Below, piece by piece: positions 26,353 to 37,780 of a DNA stretch of 64,000 nt. The notes under the pieces are model-generated. The model did not search any database, was not told the origin of the DNA, and saw nothing but the letters and a program-made list of their open reading frames with translations. This DNA comes from Eutreptiella sp. 'Long Island Sound 2002' (lineage: Eukaryota; Protista; Euglenida), in assembly GCA_964036045.1 (NCBI GenBank), contig OZ038378.1, positions 173,104,001 to 173,168,000 of the forward strand, in the 5' to 3' direction. Every line of letters starts with the position of its first letter. The first letter of the stretch is position 1. The translations under genes and the position numbers were made by a program.

Positions 26353-27897
26353 CTAATTTGTGAAACTGGAAACCAAGAACCGCACAATGACAATGGCAGC
26401 GAGCGTCTTGAGAACAGCATGAAACTGTGTCACAAGGAAATGCCCCACACGTCCAGCCACAGTGGCAGGCACAGGGCCCAATGTGCCTCCAAACAATAGC
26501 TCGCCGTCAGCATTCGTCTGAATCCATGCATAGTTCCGCCCGAAGAATAGCTCCTGGAACGACCATCTCCAACCTTCAATTGACTGACTGGTCAGGCGTG
26601 TGACAATGAAATGGTAAGCATAAAGCTTGAAGTCATTCAAACTGGTGGCGCCCCGTGTCATGCCTGATGTGACCACGCTGTGCACACAGCGTCCCTTGAG
26701 ACAGGCGCGGGCCTGAGCAAACAAATGCATATCTCCGCTGACCAACAGCTTGGTCTTCGGCACTTCCATGAGACACTGCAGCAACTGAACGGTTGCGTTC
26801 TGAAGCATGGCATGGCCAGAGTATTGTTCCCCATCAAACTGGTATGCGATCTCGGCGGCCCAGTCTGTGTGCATCAACAGTGGCAAAGAAGACACCACCG
26901 CAACGTGCGCCACCGTGTCATCCTCGGCCCATGCACTGAGGTGCTGCTTCACAGCCTCCAGCTGCTGCAATGACATAAGCGATGGCTGCGCTTCCAGTCC
27001 AGCAAGGGCCCTGTCCAGCCTCGTGTCCAAGAAGAGAAGGCCCAGAGATCCCACTTGCCGTGCAAAAAGGACATGAAAATGAGGGGGGAGGCCCATGTGT
27101 AACTGCTCTGTGAGCTCATTGACGTCTCTGTAAAGCTGCACTTCGTACTCCAGCAGGGCCTGTAGTCCTGCACGCGCTTTGATGGCCACATCGTCACTTG
27201 TCGACGCACACGAGGCAGTCTTACATCCTTGCAAATGGTACCAATGAAAATTGTTCACAATTTCATGGTCATCAGGCAGCATCCAGTGGGCACCTTGCCG
27301 TAGCACGCGCTGCATGAGTGGGCGACCCCATTGTTCCCTGTACAAACCCCTAAAAGCCTCCAACATGCCCTCGAATGTGACGTTGTCAAAGGGCGCACGA
27401 AAAACGGAGTCGGCATAAATCTGGTCCCCAAGGTGCAACATCGCATCCCAACTCTTACCCTCCACACTCAATAATTGCTCCCAACCTTCATTGTCACCAT
27501 CTTCTCGCCATCTATCGCAGGATAATGCCAACACCCTCACTGGGAAGGCATTTGCAAATGTGCGGAATTCCACTGCCTCAGGCTCCTTCAAAAGCCCTCT
27601 TCCGAATTGAACGGTGTATGCATGACCTGGTACTAGACCCACAAAAAGCACCACCCCTGGGGCGTTTTGTATGACCACACTTTGTGCTTGCGACGGGGTA
27701 ACATGCGGTTCTTGACCCAAGAGCTCCACATATAAGGAACTCAAAACGAGGCTCCGGTCCACGGCGTCATACAAAATACGAACGGTGGAGCCTGTGACAT
27801 CGCCCACGATTAACAATAGTGGAGAGGTTGCCGTTGCTATGCATGGCATGCAATTGAAGAGCAATGCCATGAGGGCGACATAAAAGGGGAAAAGCAT
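26353..27897 (-). CDS. phoD: PhoD-family (alkaline phosphatase D-like) metallophosphoesterase, 514 aa, with signal peptide and C-terminal hydrophobic tail
   Basis: Motifs LALSCD, LHLGDQIYAD, MLPDDHEIVNN, FLDTRLDR, LVSGDMH. Hydrophobic N-terminus MLFPFYVALMALLFNCMPCIATA. ATG at 27897 is 5 nt after a CAG acceptor and pyrimidine tract; the upstream ORF-track extension looks non-coding. Intronless. Confidence 0.88.
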   Translation of the reverse strand: MLFPFYVALMALLFNCMPCIATATSPLLLIVGDVTGSTVRILYDAVDRSLVLSSLYVELLGQEPHVTPSQAQSVVIQNAPGVVLFVGLVPGHAYTVQFGRGLLKEPEAVEFRTFANAFPVRVLALSCDRWREDGDNEGWEQLLSVEGKSWDAMLHLGDQIYADSVFRAPFDNVTFEGMLEAFRGLYREQWGRPLMQRVLRQGAHWMLPDDHEIVNNFHWYHLQGCKTASCASTSDDVAIKARAGLQALLEYEVQLYRDVNELTEQLHMGLPPHFHVLFARQVGSLGLLFLDTRLDRALAGLEAQPSLMSLQQLEAVKQHLSAWAEDDTVAHVAVVSSLPLLMHTDWAAEIAYQFDGEQYSGHAMLQNATVQLLQCLMEVPKTKLLVSGDMHLFAQARACLKGRCVHSVVTSGMTRGATSLNDFKLYAYHFIVTRLTSQSIEGWRWSFQELFFGRNYAWIQTNADGELLFGGTLGPVPATVAGRVGHFLVTQFHAVLKTLAAIVIVRFLVSSFTN

Positions 27898-28456
27898 GGC
27901 GGCTGCATGACCGAAAAAAAACAGAGGAATAGAGGAAAGTCCACAATGTTTTGGGAGGGGGCCTGCACTCAGTAGGATGAGAGCAGAGTGTGAAATCGTA
28001 TTAGGCACCGTTTCGTTTGTGCCACAAAGTAGGCGGATCCATGTTGCAGGCAAAGTAGAATTTCTGGGGTGAACCACAAGCTTGCTAAGCTCGTTTAATG
28101 GCAATTTCCATGTTCTGCATACCCCCAATCCCTCAAGCAAAAAAGAATGGTCTGGCTGTCCACTACCAAAGTAATTTGCTTTCAACAATCAAATCCTTGC
28201 AGCCTAAATGCATACAAACAGCACCCTGTGCGTAACGTGCACACTTCCATGCACTCACCCACAAACAATCAACAAACCAAGCAACAAACTGATACCTAAA
28301 CACCTGTGCCTTGCCTCATGAACACAGTCAACACGTCGAGACTCGGTTGTTAGCCCCGAACTTCAGTTCTCCCATAGAACTACCTTTTGGCACTCCTGAG
28401 TCCTCCCAAGCAAAAGGCAACTGTATGCCATGGTCAACTGGTTTTTTTTTGGTTCC

Positions 28457-28989
28457 GTTTAATGTTATACTTTGTCCCCACATCCCAGGCGTGCACTCAA
28501 AGCTGAATAGCATCGAATTTGGGGTCGGCGAGCCACGGCCACACGGACGGGCATGAGGTGCCGTAAGAGTAGACGGAGGAGCGGGCCAGGGGCAGGGTGG
28601 TTGGGTGGGTTGAAGGACTGGGATGTGTGGTTGGGTGGGAAGCCCTTATAGAGGAAGACTACTTAGGCAAATAGCTCACACCATGCGACGGGGATGAGTG
28701 CAGGTAAAACTCAGTTGGGTGCCGTCAAAATTGAACCCAGCGGACCACCCCTCCAGACTGCATGGGTTCCCGTCTGCCACCCTAATGCATGCTAACGCAT
28801 GGGCCACTTTCTTGGTGGTGTCGACACAGGCCAACCACTTGTCGTTCATGGGATGGGCAGGCTCAGGGGGATGAGGGGAGGGGGGGGGGGGGGGGGCTGA
28901 GATGTGGCCGTGGCTCGCCGACCCCAAATTCAATGTTATTCAGCTTTGAGTGCACGCCTGGGATGTGGGGACAAAGTATAACATTAAAC
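28457..28989. repeat. 87-bp inverted repeat (28457-28543 / 28903-28989), 2 mismatches, about 360-bp spacer
   Basis: Arms checked base by base: GTTTAATGTTATACTTTGTCCCCACATCCCAGG...GGCCACA and its reverse complement. Confidence 0.9.
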
Positions 28990-29049
28990 CCTTGTTTATG
29001 CAATAAACGAAAGTTTAATATATGCTACTGTGTCTCGTGGTCCTTTGGA

Positions 29050-30232
29050 CAGCCTAATAGTTGACCAGATGGCCGCCAAGTTGTCTGCCCCCAGATGGAT
29101 TGCAGGCAGTTTGATCTTGGCTCCCAGTTTCACTGCCATACCTATCGCCGCCAGTTCTGCCGACCATTGAGAAAAAACCCATTGCAGTGGTAGTTTTATA
29201 CGGCAGCCCAGCTCTGGGCCCCACACTGCCGCCACATACCCTGCCTTTGACCTCACTGCGTCCACATACCATGTGTGTTTTGGGTCAACCACCGCACTGG
29301 CCTTCCACGGTTGGCAGCACAGGGCGATGGCATGGCATAGGGATCTGAGCACTTTTGGGGGGGTGTACGGGGCACAGGGGGGACCCCAGGTAGTCCAAGC
29401 CATTGGGCCTTGAAGGAACGGCACAGGGAGTCGGGAAGGGGTAGCCGCCCAGAGGATTTTCCCTATGACACGCCTGGCACGTTTCTCCGTGTAGGTGCAG
29501 CAGCACGGCCTAAGCCACTCTTTGAGCAGCCGCACCAGGTGTTGTGGGGGCCTGCGCCAAAGAGAGGTCGCTGCTTGAGATGGTTTTACCCAACCATGTG
29601 ATAGAGGTCTTAGGCTCGATGTCTGATTTTGGACTGCCCTTCCAGCCCGCGGACACCAGGTCCGACGCCAATCCTTTAGCCTCATCAGCCAACACATCTC
29701 TATGGGGATAGTCTCTGTGGATTATATCATCCTCACACATTCTGTGGGCCAGGGCTGCCAGCCCCGGATCTCTCGTCTCGGCCTGATCAGGCAACTCATC
29801 AAGGGCCCACTTGAGACTGGTAGGGGCATGCTTCTTCCAAATATCGAACAAAGCATGGACCGATCCTGCTTCACCCAGCCCTCTCCCTGCAATATTTGGA
29901 TCCAGTGGACCAGAGGGCCTGTTGGAACCGTCATACAGGTCATAGTCCTCCTCTTCGAGGTCACATCTCGTGAGCGTGACCAGCATCTCCAGAACCACGC
30001 GAATGCGCGCTCTTGGCCCAACTGGGCGGGTTCCAGTGGAGAGGCGAGCACCCTCAGTAGTGAACCTGAGAGTGCAGGGCTTCGAAAAATCGGCAGAGGG
30101 TGGGACGAACACCACTGCAACCTCACCACCAGAAACCAACCATGACTTCGGAAGGCGGGACTGCCCCAGCACATAGTCGAGGATGGTCCGGCCTTCAACG
30201 ACCCTGACAGCAAGGTTGTTGGAAGTGGCCAC
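29050..30232 (-). mobile_element. Truncated DIRS/Ngaro/VIPER-like retrotransposon: RT C-terminal half plus RNase H, frameshifted
   Basis: RT-like CEDDII...LVSAGWKGSPKSDIEPKTSITWLGKTI. RNase H acidic triad pattern WYVDA / SQWSAELAAI / HLGADNLAAI. No tyrosine recombinase visible. Confidence 0.65.
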
Positions 30233-31202
30233 ATCAGCAGCCCCCTTACAACTTCAACGTGCCCATGCGGACACAGCCCCCCCCCCCCTTGTAAAGGTAT
30301 GCAAAAAGTGGGATGGTTGTTGATGCCGAGAGGGGTGCATAGCCCTTGTCTTTCTCAGCGACCGCCTCCAAAAGGCGGCACACAGCGCCCCTGTGCTAGG
30401 AGCCATTACGCTTAGGCGCTGCGCTCTTCAACCACGCCAGAGCCGTTGCCGCAAGGTTGCGGCAACGCTGCGGGGGATTCTTGCCTATTTCCGACCTTCG
30501 AAAAAGGTGGCTCTGGGCTCCCGGCCACTGTTCCCGCTACTTTCGTACATCACCGCAAATTTTCGAGAACATCGTGTGTTGATTAACGACGCATTCTGCC
30601 GGCAGTCTGCTGCCAGTGTGTTATCCCTGACCCGTGCTAAGATTGTTTGCTTGCATATGCCGGACGTGGCCCACGGGGGACCAGATGTGGTGGATGTCAA
30701 TGAGGGAGAGGGACAAGCTGAGCAGTGCCAACCGCAGAAAGAGACCCAGAATGAGGGAGACTCCGATATGTTTTGCGCCGATGAGGTTGCTGCCGGTGAA
30801 TACGTCCGCCTGGTTGACGCCCCCAAGGGGCAGTTTTTTGATGTGAGTGCGAACCCACAGTACGAGGCGCGTGGGTTTCTATGGGGAGTGGCGTTTAAGC
30901 TGCAACCGCGCCCTGCACTAGCAGCTGCTCCCGTTTAGAAAAAGTAGCGGTCTGTTCTTTCCCTTTGGGGTGCACGGTCATAACGGCTTCCTTCATTTTG
31001 TCGTCAGATGATTGATATGCCAAGGCCAAGTTGTGCTCGTGAACACCACAAGGGTTTATCCTTCACGCATTGCACGCGGTCATTTTAATGCGTACATAGA
31101 GCAATCCCTGAGTACCATGTGCCTTGCAGCCTGGAGATGTTGTGCTTTGTTTTGCTGTTGCGCTGTTTTTCGAACTTTGTTATTGCCATGACCACTCAAG
31201 TA

Positions 31203-31657
31203 CCCTCCCCCCCCCTTGCAAAGTCCCGGGGTAGCGCGCGACGGTCTCCCGGGTGGGGGGGGGAGACGGTCACCAAGTGACGGTGTCCCGGGGGGGGGGG
31301 GGGGGAGATTGCAAGGGTATCTCAAGGCAAACTGTGGTACCCTCCACTGACGCAAGCAAAGAGAACACGTGTGAAGCGACTTTCGCGTTGATGCGGTGCC
31401 CATGTATTTCATCCAACACAAATGTTATTGAGGATCCAAAGGAACGGTAAAGAACTTCTGGGTACGAGAATAACACACTTTGAATTGTTGCACATGCTCG
31501 GTTTGCATGACAGGAAAGCAATGCAAGGCCATGCATAAAGCAGATGGGCAACACAAACCAGCACAATTCATGTTAACTAGAAAAACATGGAAGTGACGGT
31601 GTCCCGGGGGGGGGGGGGCTTTGCAAGGGGGGGGGACTTTGCAAGGGGGGGGGAGGG
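31203..31657. mobile_element. TA-flanked MITE with poly-C-TTG / CAA-poly-G ends
   Basis: TA|CCCTCCCCCCCCCTTGCAAAGTCCC ... GGGACTTTGCAAGGGGGGGGGAGGG|TA. Shares the subterminal CCAAGTGACGGT motif with 32656 and 61036. Confidence 0.8.
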
Positions 31658-32655
31658 TAGCTTCCGCACAGGCCCCCACTCAGGCGATGCGGGACCAAGC
31701 ATACGCTGCTGGATGGGGCTGGGATGGTGCGTCCCAGCGATGGACGGCACGGTCGGATTTGGTCGCCACCCCTATCATGGTCCCCTGGAAAGGGAGTGCC
31801 GCAGTCACTCTCTTTGCAACCCTCATCAACGATGGGAAAAAGGAGGGTGGCTTCGCCAGTTTGCGCCGCGGGGAAATCCAAGATTGGGATCTGAAACAGG
31901 GTGTGCAAAAAGCACTTTGGGACTATGTCGAACAAGTGTGAGGATCTACGGGGGTACCAGTCCGATATGAGGACTGCTTTGTCATCACCCTGCATGTGCG
32001 TGGCATCCACCCCGGCGGTCATGTAACATGGACCCGACCCGTCCAGTGGCAGCCACCATGAAGTGACATGGTTAGGATTAGGCCCCCCGGATGTTTCACC
32101 CGTCTGTCGCGAAGGCGGCAGCGGCACCACCCCTATGGCCTCGCAGACCCGTAGAGGCAACCAGTATCCTCCAAGCATGCGTGGTAGCATGGCCTGGTGT
32201 GGCCCCGCATGGAGGGGTCTTGGCACAATGGTCCAACCCAAAACCAAAACCAAAACCCCCTGGGGAGGGTAGGCCAGGCACTAAGAAGAGGCGCGTGCAT
32301 TCAACGTGCATTGCGCCAGATTAGAGCCCCTGCAGAAAGAACGGAGAATATCAGTGACTACCCCCCCCCCTTGAATGCAAACATGTGGCTGCGAGGCATG
32401 GTGGGCACGGTGCATGAGCTATGCAGGCCGCATATACTGCCCTATGCCAATCCGCCATGATAGCCCATGCACCATGAAGCGGGCCCATCCAATGTGTTGG
32501 GGCGGCGGCCATGTGTGAAAAGTGCCCCCCTGCAGGCACAGTGCTGCGGAAACCCCTCCGACAAGCATGCACCTCCCCTAGTATCATCAAGAGTTTGATA
32601 TCATTTTGACCACAGGTATTTTGCCATTAAGGGTATTGTGCAACACAATGGGATA

Positions 32656-33181
32656 CCCCCCCCCTCCCTTGTCGTTCCCCACCCCAGGGAAGACGGTCCC
32701 CCACCACCCCCTGGGGGATGGTCACCAAGTGACGGTCCCCCACCCCCCCCCCCTGGGGGACCACACCCCCAGGGCAGGGCGGGGCGGAGAGGGAGCACGT
32801 GGCGGTGAGAGGCGCCGAACAGACGCACGGTCGTGCAAGACGGTCTTGCCATCACGGTCATAAGTGATGCGGCAATATGCGGCACCGTGCTCTGAATGTC
32901 CAACGACCTGCGCCAAAACAGGTTCCCCCGTGGAGCGGATGAACATCACACTTGTCCCAGGGGGAAACATGGTTGTGCTATCAAGTTCCATTTCAGCGAA
33001 AATGAGCAAAATGACCTGCCATGAGTGCAAGGGATGCACGTGGTAGTGCCCCACAACACAGTCACCCAACAACAACACAATGAGCCGCAACGAAAAATTT
33101 TGGGTTGACCAAGTGACGGTCCCCCACCCCCCCCCCCCCCCGGGGAACGACAAGGGGTGGGGAACGACAAGGGGGGGAGGG
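32656..33181 (-). mobile_element. TA-flanked TIR element (CCCTTGTCGTTCCCC family), copy A
   Basis: TA at 32654-55 and 33182-83. TIR CCCTTGTCGTTCCCC / GGGGAACGACAAGGG. About 190 bp of internal sequence shared with copy B. Minus ORF MELDSTTMFPPGTSVMFIRSTGEPVLAQVVG... Confidence 0.85.
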
Positions 33182-33589
33182 TATGAATGTGTGTGGATCT
33201 GGGTTTTGGGGCTGCTCAAACTGCATCGGGCAGGCCTCTCGCCCTGAAACATTCTACAAAACATTCTACAGCGCCAGACATTGGCATGCTTGATATTATT
33301 TGGGCGCTTGATAATGGGGGGGCTGGAGCGTCAAGCCCCCCACTCCGCATACCCATGTGCTTTTCGCCCTTCAGGCTGGTGATGCGCTCAGCTCGGCCGC
33401 CGCCGGATAAGGCACGGGCGAGTCCCGGGCAGCTTGTTGGATCCTGGTGGTCGGAGGTCCCGGGGTATCGCATGAGGGCCAATGGGGTTGGGCTGCATGG
33501 CAATCAACTCGGCCGTCACTGGACACTGATGCGGTTTGGACGAGGCCTTTGTTTCCGGATGCATACTCATGTGAGCATGGGACTGAGTA

Positions 33590-33823
33590 CCCTCCCCCCC
33601 CTTGTCCAGCCACCCCCCCCCCCGGGGCGACGCCCCCCCCCACCCCACCCCGGGGGGGACCGTACACCACTCCCGAGCTGCCAATTCTAGTATAACCCAA
33701 CTAGAATTTTTCTTAGGCGCCTGTGATTTCCTATTGATTTCTTATTGTTCATGGGCCACGTGACACCCCCCCCTGGGGGGGATGGAAAAGAGGGGGGGGG
33801 GGTGGACACAGGGGGGGGGGGGG
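33590..33823. mobile_element. Small MITE-like element with poly-C-TTG / poly-G ends
   Basis: TA|CCCTCCCCCCCCTTGTCCAGCC ... GGTGGACACAGGGGGGG. Right flank is AC, not TA. Confidence 0.5.
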
Positions 33824-34845
33824 ACCCTGCAGAGTTCATGCCGCACACCACAGACGTTTAAAGGCGAAATGGACCAAACCAAACAAATGGCATCCCTCAC
33901 CAGTACATCATGCCCAACCACAGCAAATACACTAAACTCTAATGCAAGCAGACAAACGGGGGAAACAATATGCACAGTTTGAAATGTTGCGGTAGAAAAA
34001 CAGTGTTCTTTGCAAAAACAGTTGCGTTCTTTGCAAAAGTACTTCGTTCCCATGCCAAAACCAAATAAACAATTGTGGTGTGTACTGCAACTGTGGCTGT
34101 GACTGTGGCACCATGCGCATGGTCTACTCGGCAAAGACGTCTCGAAGCAACAAATGATGCTGTCCATGCATTGTGTGCACTTCGTGCCACAGGAATTCAC
34201 ACTGTAAGAATAGGGGACGCAGCAACGTAGCGGTAGTAGTTTGGGTTTCATATATGGCACAAGCGCTGACGAGGAGAGCAATGCTCCACACACGAAGCAC
34301 TCGGCCAAACTGGTTACCATGCCCCTGGGTTCTGGATCCAGACCCCAGACTCATGACTCCTGGGCCTGTGTGTTGAGGTGTGGGGGTAGTTTCGATCTTT
34401 TTCCTTCGACACCACACTATAAATGGGTGTCACCCTCCCCCCTCCCATGCCCCAGCATGGCCTGGGTCCCGTGTTTAGACTCTGCCGTGCTCCCGCATGA
34501 CCCATCAGCACGCGGTTCTTGTCCGTTCAGAAAAACGACGGTCAGACAGGGTCGTCATGCCTGGACACGTGCCAGCGCCGGGGAAGGGGGCTGGGGGCTG
34601 ATGCAACTGGGTGCAGCTTGGCCCAGGACCCAGAACCCCCTGGATCCTCGAGCAACTGGCTTCATGCCTCCACGAGGGGAGAGGACAAGGGCGCCAGCGG
34701 GGCCCAGTGCTACCCGAGCTAAACATCCGTGTACAGGTGTGTGCCTGCCACGGCCCGACGGCCACGCACAACGTCGACACTGGGGAATAATACATCTGCC
34801 CATCAGCAGCACATTTGCGGGCGGGGGCGGGGGCGGGGGTGCGGG

Positions 34846-35975
34846 GCCTCAAAAGGTCAGGCGTGGAGCCGCCACTGAGCTCCAGCCACGCCTGCCTTCA
34901 CACAGCCTTCATTGCCTTCTCAGTTCCACTTTTGTGCGATGTGTCTTGGACAGTTCCATCCCAAAGCGCTGCTCCCTTGCCGGGCCAAAGGGATGCGAGA
35001 TGCGGGCGGGGGGGTGGGGGGGCGAAGCAGTACATATCGTCCTGACTCAAAACGCATGTCACGCAGGTGGTCTTGGCTCTACTGGTCACAGCACAACGAG
35101 GGTGAGAGACACAACGGTCCCGGCCATGCCCGGCCCGTGTCGTCAGGGTTAGAGCGGAGGAGGGCTGTAAGGTACCATCGCGGAGGGACACTGTTGAAAT
35201 GCTTTTATCCAAACGACCCGTGCACCGGTTGCAGTCACGAAGGTGCATGAAGGAGGGGAGGGGGGCAATGCCATTGGCCGATGTTGAAGAACATTGGTCT
35301 GCGGCAACTACGGCAGGCAACGGCGAGCCCCCTGGGTCACCGAGCAAAAATTCATTTCCCCAGTGGCTTGGAACAAGAGCAATGTGTTTATAAAACTCAA
35401 ACCGGTACGCACACCCGGAAATACCAACCAGCACACATACTCAGCCTTTACGTGGTCCTTGAAAGAGGACACTCGGCTGGGGTGGGGCTGCTTTTTTGAT
35501 CGTGTTGCACCATGATTAGGCTGGGGGGTACCCCTGTGGCCCAATGGAGTGGGAGAGGGCCTGGGGGGATGGGCTGGTGGTCTGGTTTGGCCCTCCCCCC
35601 TCCCCATCTTCCCCCACTCCCTCCCCAGGGAGGTCCTGCTGGCCTCAGGCCTCTACTGCCAAGGGAGTTTCCCCATCGGTGCGTCACTCGTCACCCCATT
35701 GGTGGTTGTACCAGCTCTCCACAGAAAGCAGCACGCTCGACCTTCCGGAGCTTGGGGGCCGCTTGGGCGAGCTGCCATTTATTGCGGGCGCGGCGAACTT
35801 TTCCAAGTTTCTGCCCATCCCCCGCTGCCCCGGGAGGGATCTCCTGGGTCTTCTCTGATGTACCCCAGCTGGGTGCACTGGCTCGGTGGAGCGGCCTCAA
35901 AGGTCAGGTATGGACCCGCCACTGTGCTCCAGCCGCGCCTGCCTTCGCACGGCCTTCATCGCCTTCTCAGTGGTG
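34846..35975. repeat. Diverged direct duplication of about 80 bp (34846-34925 and 35895-35970), inside probable decayed element sequence
   Basis: CCTCAAA(A)GGTCAGG..TGGA.CCGCCACTG.GCTCCAGCC.CGCCTGCCTTC.CAC.GCCTTCAT.GCCTTCTCAGT occurs twice. Confidence 0.75.
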
Positions 35976-37654
35976 CTCGGTGGAGCGGGGGGGGGGGGGG
36001 GTATTCAAACTCCAACAGCATTCTCACGTACCTTACCATACCTTTGCAAGGGTATGTGGTCCAGAGGTTGGTGGCAATGCCCACTGGCCGCGTGGCTGCT
36101 CTACCTCCCCCATGCGCGTATAATATACCGGGAGGGGCATCGCCGTGCGGCATGTCACTTTCACGAGGTCAAGTCCGAACTGCCGGACAGCCTCCCATGT
36201 TTTGCCTTCCTCCACCGCCCTGGAGAGTCAGACAACGTGGTTAGTGGGCTTTCTGCCTCCGACAACCGTCTACACCATCCAGACTCCGACAGCGTATGGG
36301 GGAGGGGGGCTTCTCTAGGGGCGTGTCATCTCCTGTGCGCCTGTTTGGGGCTTGCTGTCACCTGGGCTGCCTGTGATCTAGCTTCACTGGGTGCGGAGGC
36401 ACATGGCCATTGTCTGGGGGTATCCGGAACCTTCTACTCTAAGGGCTGAACATACCACACACTGTGACTGACGAGGAAGTGGTAATTGCATAACCACTTG
36501 CTAACGAGGGCTGTGCCTCTTAGCACCCCCTGCTCTAGGGGTTGTGGAAGTGTTTCTGAGGGTTGAGACGCTACCATTGCCTGCTCCGAGGGGGGCAGGG
36601 GGGCGGGTGGTTCCTCCGTTTCACACACCCGTCCTCCTCTTTCCGCCTCACATCAGTAGAAGCGGACTCAGAGGGGCCTGGGGCCATGGGTTTCTCAAGG
36701 GTGAGGCAGACACTTCTGACAGAATCACTGTTTCGTGCCGTTGTGGGTAGTGCTCATATCAGTCCCTTGGCCCCTTGAAGGGGGTCCTTGAGGGGTGTCT
36801 GTGTGCCGAATGCCAAACCCCCTCCACAGACAGAAATTCCATAATATCATTTCACTCAGCGACACTGGCCTTTGCGATGTGTGTGTGTGTGTGTAGAGGG
36901 GGAGGAACAACAGCACTATATTATAGAGGAAGGCATGTACGGGTCTCCAGGTTGGCTGTCAATGCGAGGCCGCGCTCTGCATCACGCTCATCCCTGAAAA
37001 GCGGCGAGCTACCAGTGCCCTCCCGCAGTTGTCCCCTCGCCTAGGCCAGATCCTCTGTGCAGGTGACAGGTATGAGCATTGGGGTGTGTAGAGAGGGGGG
37101 GGACCTGTGCAAAGGCTTGTTGATGCCCTTGTAGTGCAACATGTGTCCAGCGCCATGTGTTTTGCCCGACCTGCTTGTTGGGCCAGGTCGGGGGAGGGGG
37201 GGGGGGGTTTAGTGGGAAACCGAGGAAACAGTTGGCAGAAGCAACCCCTCCTTCTGTGTGCATTGCACCGGCCGCTGGAGCCCAGGGGCAACAGCACAAC
37301 GGCACAACTTAACCCCTGGAACGCGTGCGGTTTGGACACAGCGATTTAGCAGGTGCTCACATTTGGAGCAGGGGCTGCAGGTGCCGCAGGTGCAGATTGT
37401 GGTGTCTGCCCAAATCGCGCCATTTCTACTTCGCTGGACAAAAGGGGCCGCCGGTGGTGTCAAACAGTGCGTGGCCATTGGCACTCACTCTGGACATTCG
37501 GTAAGCGAGCGGTCCCTTGTCCACACGTGTTGTCGGGCATTGTCCGGCAGCGTCTGGCGCACAGGAGGTGCTGCAGCCAGGCCCACAAATCGATCACAAG
37601 CGGCCGTTGTGACGTCACGATCCGGGGCTGTCTGGACAGGGGGCTGTCTGCTCC

Positions 37655-37745
37655 AAAGGAGGGGAGGCGCAAAGGAGGGGAGGCGCAAAGGAGGGGAGGC
37701 GCAAAGGAGGGGAGGCGCAAAGGAGGGGAGGCGCAAAGGAGGGGA
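37655..37745. repeat. 16-bp tandem repeat AAAGGAGGGGAGGCGC, 5 copies plus partial, just 3' of the LRR gene
   Basis: Directly visible. Confidence 0.95.
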
Positions 37746-37780
37746 AGGCTCAGGGGAGCTCGCCCTGAAGGGGCGTCCCC

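Noticed and set aside
27898-28188. N-terminal extension of phoD in the ORF track (likewise 60692-60832 for mnmE and 468-662 for the coiled-coil gene)
   Set aside because: Non-ATG starts; the extensions run through pyrimidine tracts, acceptor sites or repeats.
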